Positions 50,521 through 62,780 of a stretch of DNA of 64,000 nucleotides are shown piece by piece. The notes under the pieces were generated by a model, which made no database searches, was not told the DNA's origin, and was given only the letters and a program-made list of their open reading frames with translations. The stretch is from Lama glama. Taxonomy: Eukaryota. Location: positions 1,612,001 through 1,676,000 of the forward strand of contig CM052843.1 in assembly GCA_028534125.1 (NCBI GenBank). The letters run 5' to 3'. The first letter of the stretch is position 1; the number at the start of each line of letters is the position of its first letter. Both the position numbers and the translations under genes were made by a program.

Positions 50521-51379
50521 TAAAATAAAATAGAATAAAATAAGTCCCCAAACCTTGGGATATGTTCCTCTCAAGAAACTCACTCCTCAAATATCGTTTT
50601 AAGTGAACACCTTTGGACTATTCAGCCTAACAATGTGAGGAATATATGACAACAGGACAACAGATATGCAGATACAAAAGCTTCTCCCTTAATAAATAAA
50701 TACATAGTGAGATTCCACTGGCAATATGCTAAACACAGCTCTGCAGGTGTGCACTTTCAGAGAAGACAAATCGTTACACACAACTTGAAGAGTGCAGTGA
50801 TAAAGAGATGAAAAAATTGGTTTCAGGAACATAGGGCAGCAGGCATTTACTTTCCTCTTTTCCTTGACATCTGTGGAATAAGGTGGTAAAAACATATTAA
50901 GCATCAGCTCACGTAATACCAATTCCTAAGTAAGTAAGAGTACTTGACAGAGGACTTGCATTCTTCGTTTTTACAGCCCATGAGAGATAAAAAAGTATTT
51001 CTTTTCAGGCAAGACCAAAGAAACTACAGATAAATTAGCAGCCCGGCAGTCCCAGCACAAAATCCTTTTATTCAAAGCCGAATTAGACTCATGTCCTGGC
51101 TGCCTGCCCATGAAAACAGCAGTATTTTGTTAAACTAATTACATTGTTTCCTTGCAGAGAATTGTCTGAACTTTATCTGATTTCCTCTCTGAATTATAAT
51201 CCCTGTTTTAACCAAATTGCTCCATTCAGCAGTGGGCAGGACAGGGAGCCTGTCCCTCGTGGTCAAGCCTTTTGTTTTTCGTTTCCTCTGTTATCAACTA
51301 TCAAATGTCTCCACCCACCTTGTCCTCATTCAGTTATCCCAGCAACCTAACGTGTAAGGAGTTCCCAAACCACCCCCTC

Positions 51380-51401
51380 CACACACACACACACACACAC
51401 A
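51380..51401. repeat. (CA)n microsatellite
   Basis: Read directly. Confidence 0.9.
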
Positions 51402-52826
51402 AGTCTCGAAAGCAGAGGGGAAAAAGAGTGGAGTGGGCATGCGCGGACCCGTTTGTTCCTTAATGGGTTGGAAGCGTAGTTCTGTGTGTGGCTTTCACGC
51501 TCTATCAGGGCAGGCTAGATGTGATTTACAGACTCGTGTGACTTTTAGTAAAACTCCGCTGTAACAGAACAGCTCAGGTGTCCTCCAGGGTTGTTTACAA
51601 TAGGATTTATTTTTATTAGGAAGAACGTAGCACCAGCTCCAGCTGCTCTTGCTTTGGATTTAAAAAAAAGAAAAAAATCACTCTTCATCAGTAGAAGGTG
51701 CGAAGTTTCGTTTGACAGCTGGCCTCATAGTAAAATTCTATTTCGTGTTATTTAGTTTAAAATTTCTCTCATGATGCTAGGAACAGATAAGAGACCCAGG
51801 TGCTGAAGGGCGTATTTCTGTTTTGATGGGATGGACTTGGTCGGCAAAGCTGAAAAAGTGGAAGAAATAAAACAGAACTGTCAAAAACACGTTATTTGAA
51901 TGAAATCTAGAGAACATAGCCTGATGTTTTTGTGAGTTTTGCCAAAAGTGTAAAGGAACATAGCAAAAATTGGTTTTGTCAGCAGAGCTATTTATTATCC
52001 GAAATAAAACAGCTGTTTGAAAGAAAAATCACAACAAAGTGAAATGTAATATTTGTGCTCTCTCCTTGTCTCCTCCACTGTGGCTGTCTCTCAGAATGAA
52101 AACAAAGGAAAAACAAAAACCAAAAAAACCCAGCCATGGCTGATCAGCATTCTTGACTCCAAGAGACAGAAACTGAGAGGTTTTGCACAGGTTCACTGAA
52201 TTCCAAAGGAGGAGGCAACCAACTAACCACAGAATCAGCAAATTGTTGCTGATGGTAAAACAAACTTCTAATTCTTGACACTTCTTTTGTAAACTAGACC
52301 ATGACTTACATGCTATATGCAAGAAGAGGCATTAAAGCCCTTTACTTTTTATTGTAACAGCAGGTTGAACCATCTTTCACAAAGGTCATACAAGCAAGTG
52401 CCCTGCCATTAAGGAAGGGAAATGGTGTACAATCAGATCCCCAGAATTGAAAAGTGTGGAATCAGGGATTCTTGTTAGCTCAGCCAGGCAAGGCCATTGA
52501 CTCTCCAGAAGTCAGGCAACCAACTTTCAAAGGTAGGCATGCGTTCAGTTAGTTCATAGGCTTGAAATAAATTTATCAGGCTGTGCTTTTAAGTTCTAAA
52601 AATTTCATTATTTTTCCTGGCATGTTTAATTTCACATCTTGTGTATTTCTCACCTCTTCATTCGGCCTGCTGAAAGTTGCCAAAATATCTGTTCCAGATA
52701 TAAATGTCTTGGGGTAGGAAGGTTACTAGGCAGTGAATCATGGTTAGACACCCTCAGATAACCTGCAGAAGAAGGCTTTCACTGTTTCTCCACATTAGTA
52801 GTTGGCCATTTAATATAGTCTGCATA

Positions 52827-52854
52827 GTGTGTGTGTGTGTGTGTGTGTGTGTGT
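52827..52854. repeat. (GT)n microsatellite
   Basis: Read directly. Confidence 0.9.
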
Positions 52855-53221
52855 TGTAAAGGCTATCAGCACTGAAGGGTATTTTTGGTAATTGAGGAAA
52901 TTGTCCAGAAAGATTCTAAAGCATTTTAGGAAATTAAGTATTTAGACAATTGATGTATTTCATATTTATAGTAATAAATAGACCCACACCAGCTACCGTG
53001 CACAGAGCTCTGTGAAAGGCAACGGGAAACATGAAGCTAACGGGGGCATCTGACCATGAAGATACTCATAATCCAGCAAAGGTTTGGAGGGGGAGCAGGA
53101 GACAGTCATGCAAATAATAATGAACGAGCTACAGATGACAAATGGCAGTTACTGTGCGCTGGGCACGATATTATACACTTTACGTTCATTTTCTCATTTT
53201 TTTCATAGTTTTATGAGATAG

Positions 53222-54112
53222 TGCAGGAAAACGACCCAGTTTTTAGTAGAGACTTTCATCGCTGTTTTATGTTATTTTATTGTTTGAATTTCTTTTTGAC
53301 TGATATGTATTCATATGCTACTTTTATGAATTTAAAATATAATATAAAGAAGAGAGAATTAAAAAAAGAAAAAGAAAAACTACCCAGTTTTTCACTTCCT
53401 GGGTCTTTCTTTCCCGTGCGTCTCCTTTACTTTCATACAACTACCACATCCACACAGGACACTCTGGTCACCAAAGGTGTGGAGACCTTTTCTCCATACC
53501 AAGCAATTCTCTGTGACAGCAGCTGAGTGTCCTGCAATTCAGCGCAATCCTTACACTGTCCCACCGGTTAAGGGCTCAGACCCGCAGCTGCCCTCCCCTC
53601 CCCCAGCCTTCGGGTGCCTGTCTCAAAGCCTGGATTTCACCTGTGCTTCTGAGCAGAGGTTCCAACGACCCCCTCCTCGGGTTTGATTCATTTGCTAGAG
53701 CAGCTCCCGGAACTCAGGCAAACACTTACTTACTGTTCACTAGCACAGGAGTTTCTGTCCCTGTGAAGTTGGGGTGTGTCACCCACCAGGTGTGGATGTA
53801 CTCACCTACCTGGAAGTTGTCTGACACCCGTGCTGTTGGGGTTTCATGGAGGCTTCCTCATGTAGGTGTGAACAATTATTAACTCCATTTCCAGCATCCC
53901 TTCTTTCTCTGGAGGAAGAGGGATGGGGTTGAAAATTCTGAGCTTCCAATCATTGCTTGGTCTTTCAGGTGACCAGTGTATCCAGGAGCCAACCAAGAGC
54001 CCACCTGGAGTCACCTCAGTAGAAAGAAAGGTGATGCCATCACTTTGGAATTTATTAAGAGCTCTGTGCCAGGAACTGGGGGCAGAGACCAACATATGTA
54101 TTTCTTATTTCA
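53222..54112 (-). mobile_element. MER21-family solo LTR (ERVL class)
   Basis: TG...CA ends; ctggtcaccaaaggtgtgg, ctgagtgtcctgcaattca, ggttaagggctcag, ctcctcgggtttgattcatttgctagagcagctc, gagctctgtgccaggaactgggggcagagaccaa; degenerate 5 bp TSD (gatag/ggtat). Confidence 0.88.
53245..53374 (+). mobile_element. ~130 bp retroposed poly(A)-tailed fragment (L1ME/HAL1-like 3' end) inside MER21
   Basis: A-rich tail and flanking duplication AAAACGACCCAGTTTTT (53228-53244) / AAAACTACCCAGTTTTT (53376-53392). Confidence 0.75.
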
Positions 54113-54204
54113 GGTATAGAAAATATTATTACCCTTGTTTTATGTATAAGGAAACTGAGACTCAGATTTAAGGAATTTGTCCAACATTACATGACCAGAA
54201 GTGA

Positions 54205-54560
54205 TTCATTCATTATGCAATTCATTCATTCATTTATTTATCCAATCAACAAATATTTACTATGTACTTGTTATGTGTCAAATACTGATCTGGGTGCAAG
54301 TGAAGGAGAGCAGTGGGCGTACTATTCAGCATCCTTGCTCTAAGGATGCAGCTTACATTTTAATAGAAATGGGTTGAGAGGCAAACAAAATACAAGTTCA
54401 CAGTGTTATAATATGCCAGGAGGCAAAAAAATGTTGCAAAAAGGATTGAAATAGGATAAAGTGAGAGGCATAATGGTCGATGGATAGTCAGCCCTTTTTT
54501 TATAGGGTGTCATGCTTTTTCATAGCGATGCCCTATCTGAAGAGGTGGTATTTAAACTCT
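54205..54560 (-). mobile_element. L2a 3' end, antisense
   Basis: ttcattcattcatttatttatccaatcaacaaatatttactatgtacttgttatgtgtcaaatactg. Confidence 0.8.
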
Positions 54561-54599
54561 CTTTTCAGTTAGTTCAAACATTCAGCAATTTTATAACAT

Positions 54600-55260
54600 T
54601 TTTTCTTATGAAAATAATGTGTACTCACTGAGAAATATTTAGAAATACAAAAATAAATAAAAAGTAATCCATCAAAAAAATCCCAAATCAAAAGTATCCA
54701 TCATTCTGTCACCGGTATGTAACTACTACCCTAGGATTCTTCGGTGTTTGTCCTATGAGATGATTAGAACATTGAGATTGTGTTGTTCATACAATTCTAT
54801 ATAGTGCTTTTTCTCTTATTTTAGATGATGAATATTTTTCAATATCACTAAATATTCTTGGAACTTAGGAGTTTAACACAAGCATGGTATTCAACATGAA
54901 CGAACCACAGTTTATTTAACCTTCTTGTTGTATTTATCCTTTCTGTTGGATGTGTATATTACTTCAAAGTTCCCACTACTACAAATAACACCTGGATAAT
55001 GACTTTTGTGCATAACTTGCAGACTTCTCTTATTATATACTTATGACAAATTCTTAGGTGCTGGATTTCTGGGGAAACAAATGCAAGTCAAATTTGCTTT
55101 CCAGAAAGTTCATATCAAATCATTCTTCCAACAACCTTTCATGAGTGCCAATTTATGGCAATGCTTTCTAATTAAGATTGTCATTTAATATGTATATCAG
55201 CTGACTTTATAAATGAAAAATAGCATTGTTATAATTAATATTTTGGATATTGATCTTTTA
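54600..55260 (-). mobile_element. L1ME-like 3' end, antisense
   Basis: aataatgtgtactcactgagaaatatttagaaataca; catggtattcaacatgaacgaaccacagtttatttaacc; aaattcttaggtgctggatttctggg; aaatttgctttccagaaagtt. Confidence 0.7.
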
Positions 55261-55419
55261 TTAAAGAACACCTTCTAAATTCAGAATGCTAAACATAAAG
55301 TGATTGTTGAGAATGCTAGCTTGTCTGTTATCTGGAAAGCAGTTTGGTGGAGGGGTCACTTTCCAACCCTGATCTGTAGAAAAAGTGAGGGCAGAATTAG
55401 TTTTTTGGCCTAAATCCAC

Positions 55420-56960
55420 CCACTCATTCATTTATTATGCAGTCATAAAATATTTATTTAGCCCTTATCATGTGACAAGCAGTATCTAAGCTCTAAGGAC
55501 TTAGCAGTGAACAAAGCAAGCACCTTGCTCTCATAGAACTTTATTTAATGGAGGAGAAACAGACACACATGCAAAAAAACCTGAATTCCCAATAAGTAAA
55601 TATATAGTGTATCACATTTTGGTAACTGTTAGGGAAAATGTGTGTGCCTCCAGCACGTAGACCCCATGAGAACAGCCTTTTTGACTATTTTTGTTGACCG
55701 CTGTGTCCTTGGAAACTACAGTCATGCCTGGAACAAGATAGGCACACGATGAGTGTTTGGTGGATGACATAATCAACAAATAAATAAATGAAACAGGTTA
55801 ATGGGGTAGAAGATGTTTGATGGGGGTGTGCGTGCTGCTTAACATAGAGTGGTTAGGGAGAGGCTCAGTGCCAATATGATCTGAGCAGACACTGCAGCTC
55901 CTGCAAGAACTAGACGGAGGTCCTGTAACAGAAAAGAACAAATCTGACTCCATATTAGATCTGTTTCTTTGGCTTTAACCCTGTGCCCTGTTTTCTAGGC
56001 TTACTCCTGCTAGCTCTTCACCTTTTGCAAAAGAACGGTGCTTTGAGCCTGAAATGTACAGGAGAGCGTATTCTCAAGGCTTTGACCTTTAAGGATATTA
56101 TCACTTTTGCACTTATATAAAGATAACAAGTTGCAGAATGGAAAATAACATTTGTTTTGTTGGAGGTTTACAGGGACACCATGATCTGACCCATGTGGAC
56201 AGCTGTAAGAACAAAGTATTCCCACAGCAAGAAGTTTGCAACAACCAACCACACCCCCTCCCCTTTTAGTATAAAATGAGCCTGTATTCTGACTAGTGCA
56301 GGATTGTTCTCTAAGACATTAGTCTCCCATCCTCTCGGTCTGCCAGCTTTCCAAATAAAGTCGCTATTTGTTGCCCCAACATCTCATCTCCCAATTTATT
56401 GGCCAACAGAGTTTGGACTTAGTTACAGTCCCAGTGTGGGTGCTGTGGAAATGGGGAGTAGGAGGTGCATTGCTGGGGAGGAAGTGAGGGATGGGACTGT
56501 GTGCATAACTTCTCTAGCATTGAGTCTGACTGAGAACCAATCTTGAAGTGTTTTACACAGAGGAGTGACAAGGTCCAACTCACATATGAAAAGGATCGCT
56601 CCTTCCTCCTGATTCTAGGGCAGAGACTGGAAGCCAGAGTAACACATAAAGGACACTGACGCAACCATCCACACTGTGATGAAGATGGCTTAGAACAGAG
56701 CATTCACAGTGGAGACAGAAAAACGTTAAGTTCTGAGTATCGTTTAAGGATAGAGCCAACAGTAATTGGCGGTGTTTAGGATGGGGTGTGAGAGAAAAAC
56801 CTTAAGTCAAGGTAACTCCAAGGATTCTGGCCCAAGCTACTAGAAAGATATAGTTATCTTTTACTGGGGAAAAGTTTTGAAAGAATCACTTTTTAAATGG
56901 AAAACTAGGATCCTGATTTTAGATATTTCATATTTTAGCTATTTCAATGGGTTTTAACAA
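55420..56960 (-). mobile_element. L2 antisense, interrupted by a sense L2 3' piece (~55640-55790) and an ERV1 solo LTR
   Basis: cactcattcattt...aatatttatttagcccttatcatgtgacaagc...ttagcagtgaacaaagc. Nested piece: gtagaccccatgagaacag...gctgtgtcctt...tgcctggaacaagataggcac. Later: gagtatcgtttaaggatagagccaacag, gtcaaggtaactccaaggattctggcc. Confidence 0.75.
55924..56427 (+). mobile_element. Intact ERV1-class solo LTR (MER41-like), 504 bp
   Basis: TGTAAC...GTTACA termini, perfect 4 bp TSD GTCC (55920-55923, 56428-56431), TATAAAA at 56270, AATAAA at 56354. Confidence 0.92.
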
Positions 56961-59700
56961 CTCTGTGAAGAGAAAAGCAATATTCAATTTATTGAAAATG
57001 TTTTAAACAAACCACCTGAACTCCTCCACTTTAGAAATGAAGGTGGATTAGAGTGAAAAAGAAAATAAGTTTATTTTGAGTTCTGTAGACATGTATCTTT
57101 ACAAAAAGCTGTTGCACTAAAATTCAGAGTCAGAAGCAGCCATGTGTTTGGTGCCTTTGAATTTAACAACATATAAAGGAGAGGGGTCAATCTCTCCTTT
57201 GCAGTAGAACATGGAGGTGCTTTGGTGCCCTGATGGCCCTAGGGCTCAAAATATGGCAAAGATGCCTGATACACATGTTGGTACCTTGAAGATACCCAGT
57301 TGAACATTGACAACACCTGGCAAGAGCGTCCTTTGTGAGCCTAGGTAAGACAATGTCTGGGTTATTACTGTCAATCTGATTTTATCTCTTATTCACATAC
57401 TGGTAAGTGCTTGAAAATACCAATCATATAGTTTTTCAGTGCTGGAAATTTATACATGAATAATTTTAATTCCTATAAATTAGTGCAGACAGTTGAAATT
57501 GAGTGTATGAACATCTTCAGACTTTACAGTCATTGCACTTTGCATTCTACTAATAAATTTAATCCTTAAGAACTAAATTTCTAACTATTCCTCAAAATAT
57601 TCAAAACAACCTTCAGTGCTTTCTTGTATTAATTTAGATGTGGGGATGATTACCCAGAGGGAACGTTCTTATATCTCAGCAATCAGAGGCGTCTATGTTA
57701 TGATGTTACACATTTTCCTCCAGGTTTCTTGAACCATCAGAACTGAAACATAGAGTGATGGGTGTGGGAAAACCCTGCAGGGTAATATTTTGTGACACCA
57801 TGGAAGAAACATATACTGCAGTACTGAAGATGTATGTATAGCTTCCTCCAGTGCAGAGGGTCCCAGTCAAGTTCAATTAACAAAAAGGATTAATGATGGA
57901 GATTGGTTACAAATACACACACGCAGAGTTTCCAGGATCTACTGGTAACAGTAAGTTACTAACTGAATGATTGCAGCATTCTCAAAAAGAAACAGTAAAT
58001 TTCATTTGGAGAAATTTCACCCCAAATTAATTCTAAAGCTCATGGAGTTATCCTATTTTGTGGCTCCCACTAAAAGCTTTTCCCTCTGATTTTTCTCTAT
58101 TAATACTAATTCTTTAGGGGACCTAAAGTCAGGAAGCCTCCTCCATGCTTCATAAATTTTCTAGTGACATATTTAACCCAGCTTCCTCTGTTGGAGCCTT
58201 AGTGCATTAACAAACAACCCCTCTGACTTTCTAGAACACACACTTTTATTGAGTTACAAAATGACCGTTTTTAGGCCTATTGGAACGCAAAACAAAGCTC
58301 CCCTTTACCATAGGCCCATTGAAGGCCACTTTGATTCTTCCATCAACACTGGAAACTGCCAGCACACTTTCCATTTTTTCCCCTGTGCCTGTTGGCAGTA
58401 GGAGCAAGGTTCTAATGAGTCCATTGTCAGCAAACATGAGTCTCTTGGATGGCAGAATGCTAAATGACAAATCAGTTGCATTTTTGTCTCTTGATGTGAA
58501 TGTGTCAGTGTTCTTCCTCTAAGAAACTCTGCCAGTTAGGAAGCAGATTCTCCTGTATTTCAAAGCCTTATTCACGAATTGACATTAGTGTTACCATTTC
58601 CGTAACGGGACCTTAAAAAAGCATTACAGCTAAATGGTTCTAATTTCAATTATGACTGACATCCTATAGAATGAACGCTCAGACAGATGCTTCAGACTCC
58701 AACTCAATACACTATGTCGTAATTGCTGTGCAATCTTTCAAGTGAAATCAAATGAACACTTCAACCCCGTCGCTTGTCTCTCCAAGAAGGTAAACACCAG
58801 GCTGTAATGGGCTGTGCTAATAATAACTCCACAAAGCAGTGAAACAAAGCTTTACTTCTTTTCAAGGCTGGCAATGAGAAGAAAATTCTAAAAGGAAAGA
58901 CTGTGAGTATCTGAGATTAGTGCTAAACTTAAAAAAAAATTCAGGAAAACTTGATAGTCTACTTAAAAAAAAAAAATGAATGGTCAAAGGACTCTCCTGA
59001 AATTTTTTGTTTCGACACATGAGAGCAACAAGATGAGATTCAGGGCAGGCCAGAAGACTTCCCTCTCATGTCTTTCCATTCTCAGACCCTTATCACAGAA
59101 GGTCCTAACTAGCTCAGAAAACTTATTTAAAAATCTGTTCTATTTGGATGGTTGTGATATTTTAATCTCATCAAGAGTAATTTAAAAAACACTTTCCCCA
59201 ACTCTATCTAGTCACCAATTTCTAAATATGAATCCAATATAGGTTTGTGAGAAACAATTGGCAGAACAGAACACAGTATGAGGCTAGACGTGCAGCAATA
59301 ATTCTTTGCTTTCCGAGAATCTGAAGGGAGAATTGAGAAATTGGGGCATGAGGCCATGGCAGAGATTAAGACAATAATTCCAGCATTAGGGGAAACGTTG
59401 GATAAATACTCAGTGATTTCTGTTCTCTCTGAAATGTTTAATTTGACATGCAAATGAAATATATTCATGCCATAAAACATTCAGGCAGTCAATAAATGTT
59501 TGCTGAATGCATTTATGAAATGAAATTTTAAAATGCAGGATTCATTACTTTATAATTATATATTCATAAGTCACTGTTTATTTACAAAGTCCTTCCCAAT
59601 CCTACTCTTCATGTTAGAGCAGAAGGAATAGAATTAGACTAGCGTTAACCATGATGACTCTCAGCTGAATGGCACTTTCCAACTTTTCCACATATTATTT

Positions 59701-59860
59701 CGTCGGGAGATGTTACATGCCTTGCACTGCACCACTGCACTCACGCCCAGGGCCGCGCTCCGCCCCTCACACCCACCGTGCCACCAGCCCATCGCGCACG
59801 AGCCCATCGCGCCTCACTGCCTCTCCATCAGCCCCTGCTTCATCATCCAGAGAAGCGCCG
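59701..59860. other. Small CpG/GC-rich patch
   Basis: 14 CpGs in 160 bp against a CpG-depleted background; GC box at 59760-59765. Confidence 0.75.
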
Positions 59861-60379
59861 GGAGAAGAGCAAGTCTGAGTTGGGTACCACTGAGGAGTGT
59901 GATTACGGAGTCTTTAGTCATTTAGGGATTTCCCATCACAAGATTCATATGCTCTAATTTCCCAGCTTTTATCAGTTAGAGAATTCTGACTAAACATTCC
60001 AAATTACAATTTCAGGACACAAAATAGGTGGACAAATCAGGTCCCATTAGTTACTGTTCACGTTTTGCTCAAGAAGCTGTGATTCCCTTGGACTCCAATT
60101 TGCCCGCTTCACAGAAGCAGGCTGTTTCCTTGCTTTCTAAGTAGTTCAGATGATCTCATTTTCTTTAAAAAAAAAAATGAAGTTGTTTTAAACTAGTTTT
60201 GTGTGCCCTAAGAAATGGGATAAGGTAGAAGAGTCGTGAAGCAATACATTGTCAACAGATAAAACCTGCTATCGTTCTATGCTAATTAACTTGAAAGAAA
60301 CACGAAGCCCAAATGATACGCTCTGTTTGACAACAACAAGAACAAATCACTGGGTTGGATATTGAGAAGCAGGAGGTTT

Positions 60380-60560
60380 AATCACTGAGTGTTTGGGTTT
60401 ACTAGTTCCAGGTACTTTCACGTACTTATTTATTTAATTATCACAAACAAGCTATTCTTGCACAATATTAAAGTTGGGAAAATTGAGACTCAGACATTTA
60501 AGAAAAACATAGGATAAGGTAGCACATAGTAGCAGTCTTTAGTGTCAAACCAATGATTTT
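60380..60560 (-). mobile_element. MIR SINE, antisense
   Basis: aggtactttcacgtacttatttatttaattatcacaa...ttaaagttgggaaaattgagactcagacatttaag. Confidence 0.65.
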
Positions 60561-60748
60561 AGTGTAGCATAATAATATAGCAAGAAACAGTGTATAGAGA
60601 CACCAGAAATTCTGTAATTTGAGGGAAAAAAAGTGGATTTGAAGAGTGAATAGACAGATCAATAAGTATGAGATAAAGATATAAACAAGTGTAGTTTACA
60701 TTCATATAAACATATAAATCTGTGTTTATATACATTTAAATGCATATA

Positions 60749-61382
60749 CAGTCAATTTTCATTATTATTGGTAATTATGTTCTATAAAGTTACCAAAAGA
60801 TTAAATTAGTAGATATCGAAACATTGCACATAAGAGAAAATGTTGCGTTAGGTTCCTGGGAGCCACTGGTCACATTTTTGTCAGCTGATTGAACCACAAC
60901 CTTACTTTATGTATATTTCTGTTTAAAGATTCCTTACTGAATATGTTGATTCCTTAACACTGAACTCACGGTCATCGGCACTGTAACTCATGCCTAAACA
61001 AAATTTCCTTAACACACTTACTTCCTCCATAAGGCACATCACAGCCCTCTGCACTCAGGAACACTAGACAGCACTTCACCACCACACTTGGGGGCCATCT
61101 TAAATAGCAAAACTTCAACAAAAAGCATAAATGCTAAAAGCGTGGCTGCAAAAAAACACTTGTTTATAGTATAAGAGCTGAAACAAGGGGGCAAAGTGTC
61201 ACCACGTTTGATCTCAGCTGGGAACGTGTGCTCTGGGCAAATCCAATTTTGCACCGCTCTGTGCATGTCCATGAAAGACTGAAAAAGTATCAGAATTATT
61301 GACTTTAGGGTTGGACTATAAGAAAATTTTAGTGCAAGGTAAATTCACAAATCCAGAATATGTGAATCATGAGGACCAACTA
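60749..61382. mobile_element. MER82 (TcMar-Tigger) non-autonomous DNA transposon, full length
   Basis: TA|CAGTCAATTTTCATTATT ... AATCATGAGGACCAACTA|TA (TIRs and TA duplication); internal ttatgttctataaagt, gttaggttcctg, aggaacactagacagcacttca, ctcagctgggaacgtg. Confidence 0.88.
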
Positions 61383-62579
61383 TATACAGTGTATATACAT
61401 ACACTGGGTATTTCTTTTTTCACTTTTTAATTGTGCAAGAGCTATTTCCTATTTTCTTTGTGTACATAGTACCAATATTTCTGTATATTACAATCTTGAT
61501 GGTGTCTTAAGGATACATAAGAAAGCACAAGTAAACGCATGGTCCATGCCATGCACATATGTTTACATTTTCTAGTCAATTCATGTCCATATTTGCTCCA
61601 CTTTTTAGAAAAGAGTGATACTATACTATGATCCAAGAGACTAAACAAGAATGCATGTTTTCTATTTTTAGGGAACATGTAACCATAAAAAGAAAAAGTC
61701 CGCATTAATGAATAATGATAGTTTTTAATTAATTAATTTTTTCTCAATGTCAGTATTAAATTGGGGTTGCACTGCTTTACTTATACGCTTTCATCAATAA
61801 ATTTTAATTAACAATATTTGCAAAACCCGGCTCTGAGTGGTCCGCTAGGGAGAACTCATTGGCTCAAATAGGGACTCATTTAAAATGTGATCATGGTTTT
61901 CCATACATTGTAAGGCCATAAACTGAGATAGTTATAAACAGGAGTAATACATATTAGTTAGCATATTTTAGATAGGAAACCATAGATTGATGTTTCCTTG
62001 GGGTCTTGAACTCACACACTGTCTAATGCATGAGAGTTGGGGTGGTAATCAGAGATATTTCTGAATCCCTGTCATCAAACTTTACTGAATGGGATACGTG
62101 GTTTTATTAAGCAGAACCATGGAAGATCCAAAGGAGTAGCCCTGGCGATGCAGGAGGTAACTTCTTAAGTATGCTGAGACAGGGTGAGTGGATGAGGAAA
62201 CATGGGGAATTAAGAAGGCTATCTTTGGGGGATCCCAGGCCAGTGTCTGAATTGTTAGGCTGTGAAGCTTTGGCTCTAAGGTTCAGTGGTCCATTTTAAG
62301 CAGGCTGTGGAAATACATATTCTCTCCAGAGAGTTTCTCTCAAATATTAGGCTCTTTGATTTTAGAACATCCCTGAAAAAATATAGATTGAAGACTTCTC
62401 CCCAAATATCAAATTCATAGGAGGTGTCGATAGCCCACAGTAGGGAAAAAAATACCCAAAATAGTTTCTGGAAGCTGTTATAAGAATTTAAGGAACTGAC
62501 TAGGCTCCCAGGATCTATATTTCTGAAATTTGAAAGATTAGGGAAATTAGAGCAACACCCCTCACCCTCCATACCCCGT

Positions 62580-62780
62580 GCCATGGTCAAGTGTATGCTT
62601 TGGAATTAAACAAAGAAGGCTTCAAATCCAGATGTGCCTATGTGTTTTTGAGGAAGGATAATAATACATGTTTCCTCTGGTTGCTGATAGAATCAAATGA
62701 AATGAGGGAAAAAAAAAAACAACAAAAAACTACTGAGGTCATTGCCTGATGCAGTGCAGGGGCTTAATAAGACTAAGACT
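62580..62780 (+). mobile_element. MIR SINE
   Basis: atggtcaagtgtatgctttggaattaaaca..ggcttcaaatcc ... ggttgctgatagaatcaaatgaaatga. Confidence 0.6.

Larger units (their letters stand above)
53140..54205 (-). mobile_element. MIR split by the MER21 LTR (pieces ~53140-53221 and 54113-54205)
   Basis: ttactgtgcgctgggcacg...ttctcattt...ttatgagatag continues as gtatagaaaatattattacccttgttttatgtataaggaaactgagactcaga. Confidence 0.75.

Noticed and set aside
55924-56427. Interferon-gamma (GAS) enhancer in the MER41-like LTR
   Set aside because: I found no TTCNNNGAA match by eye in this copy.
59630-59930. Degenerate long inverted arms flanking the CpG patch (possible fold-back transposon)
   Set aside because: Similarity is too weak to separate from chance without alignment statistics.
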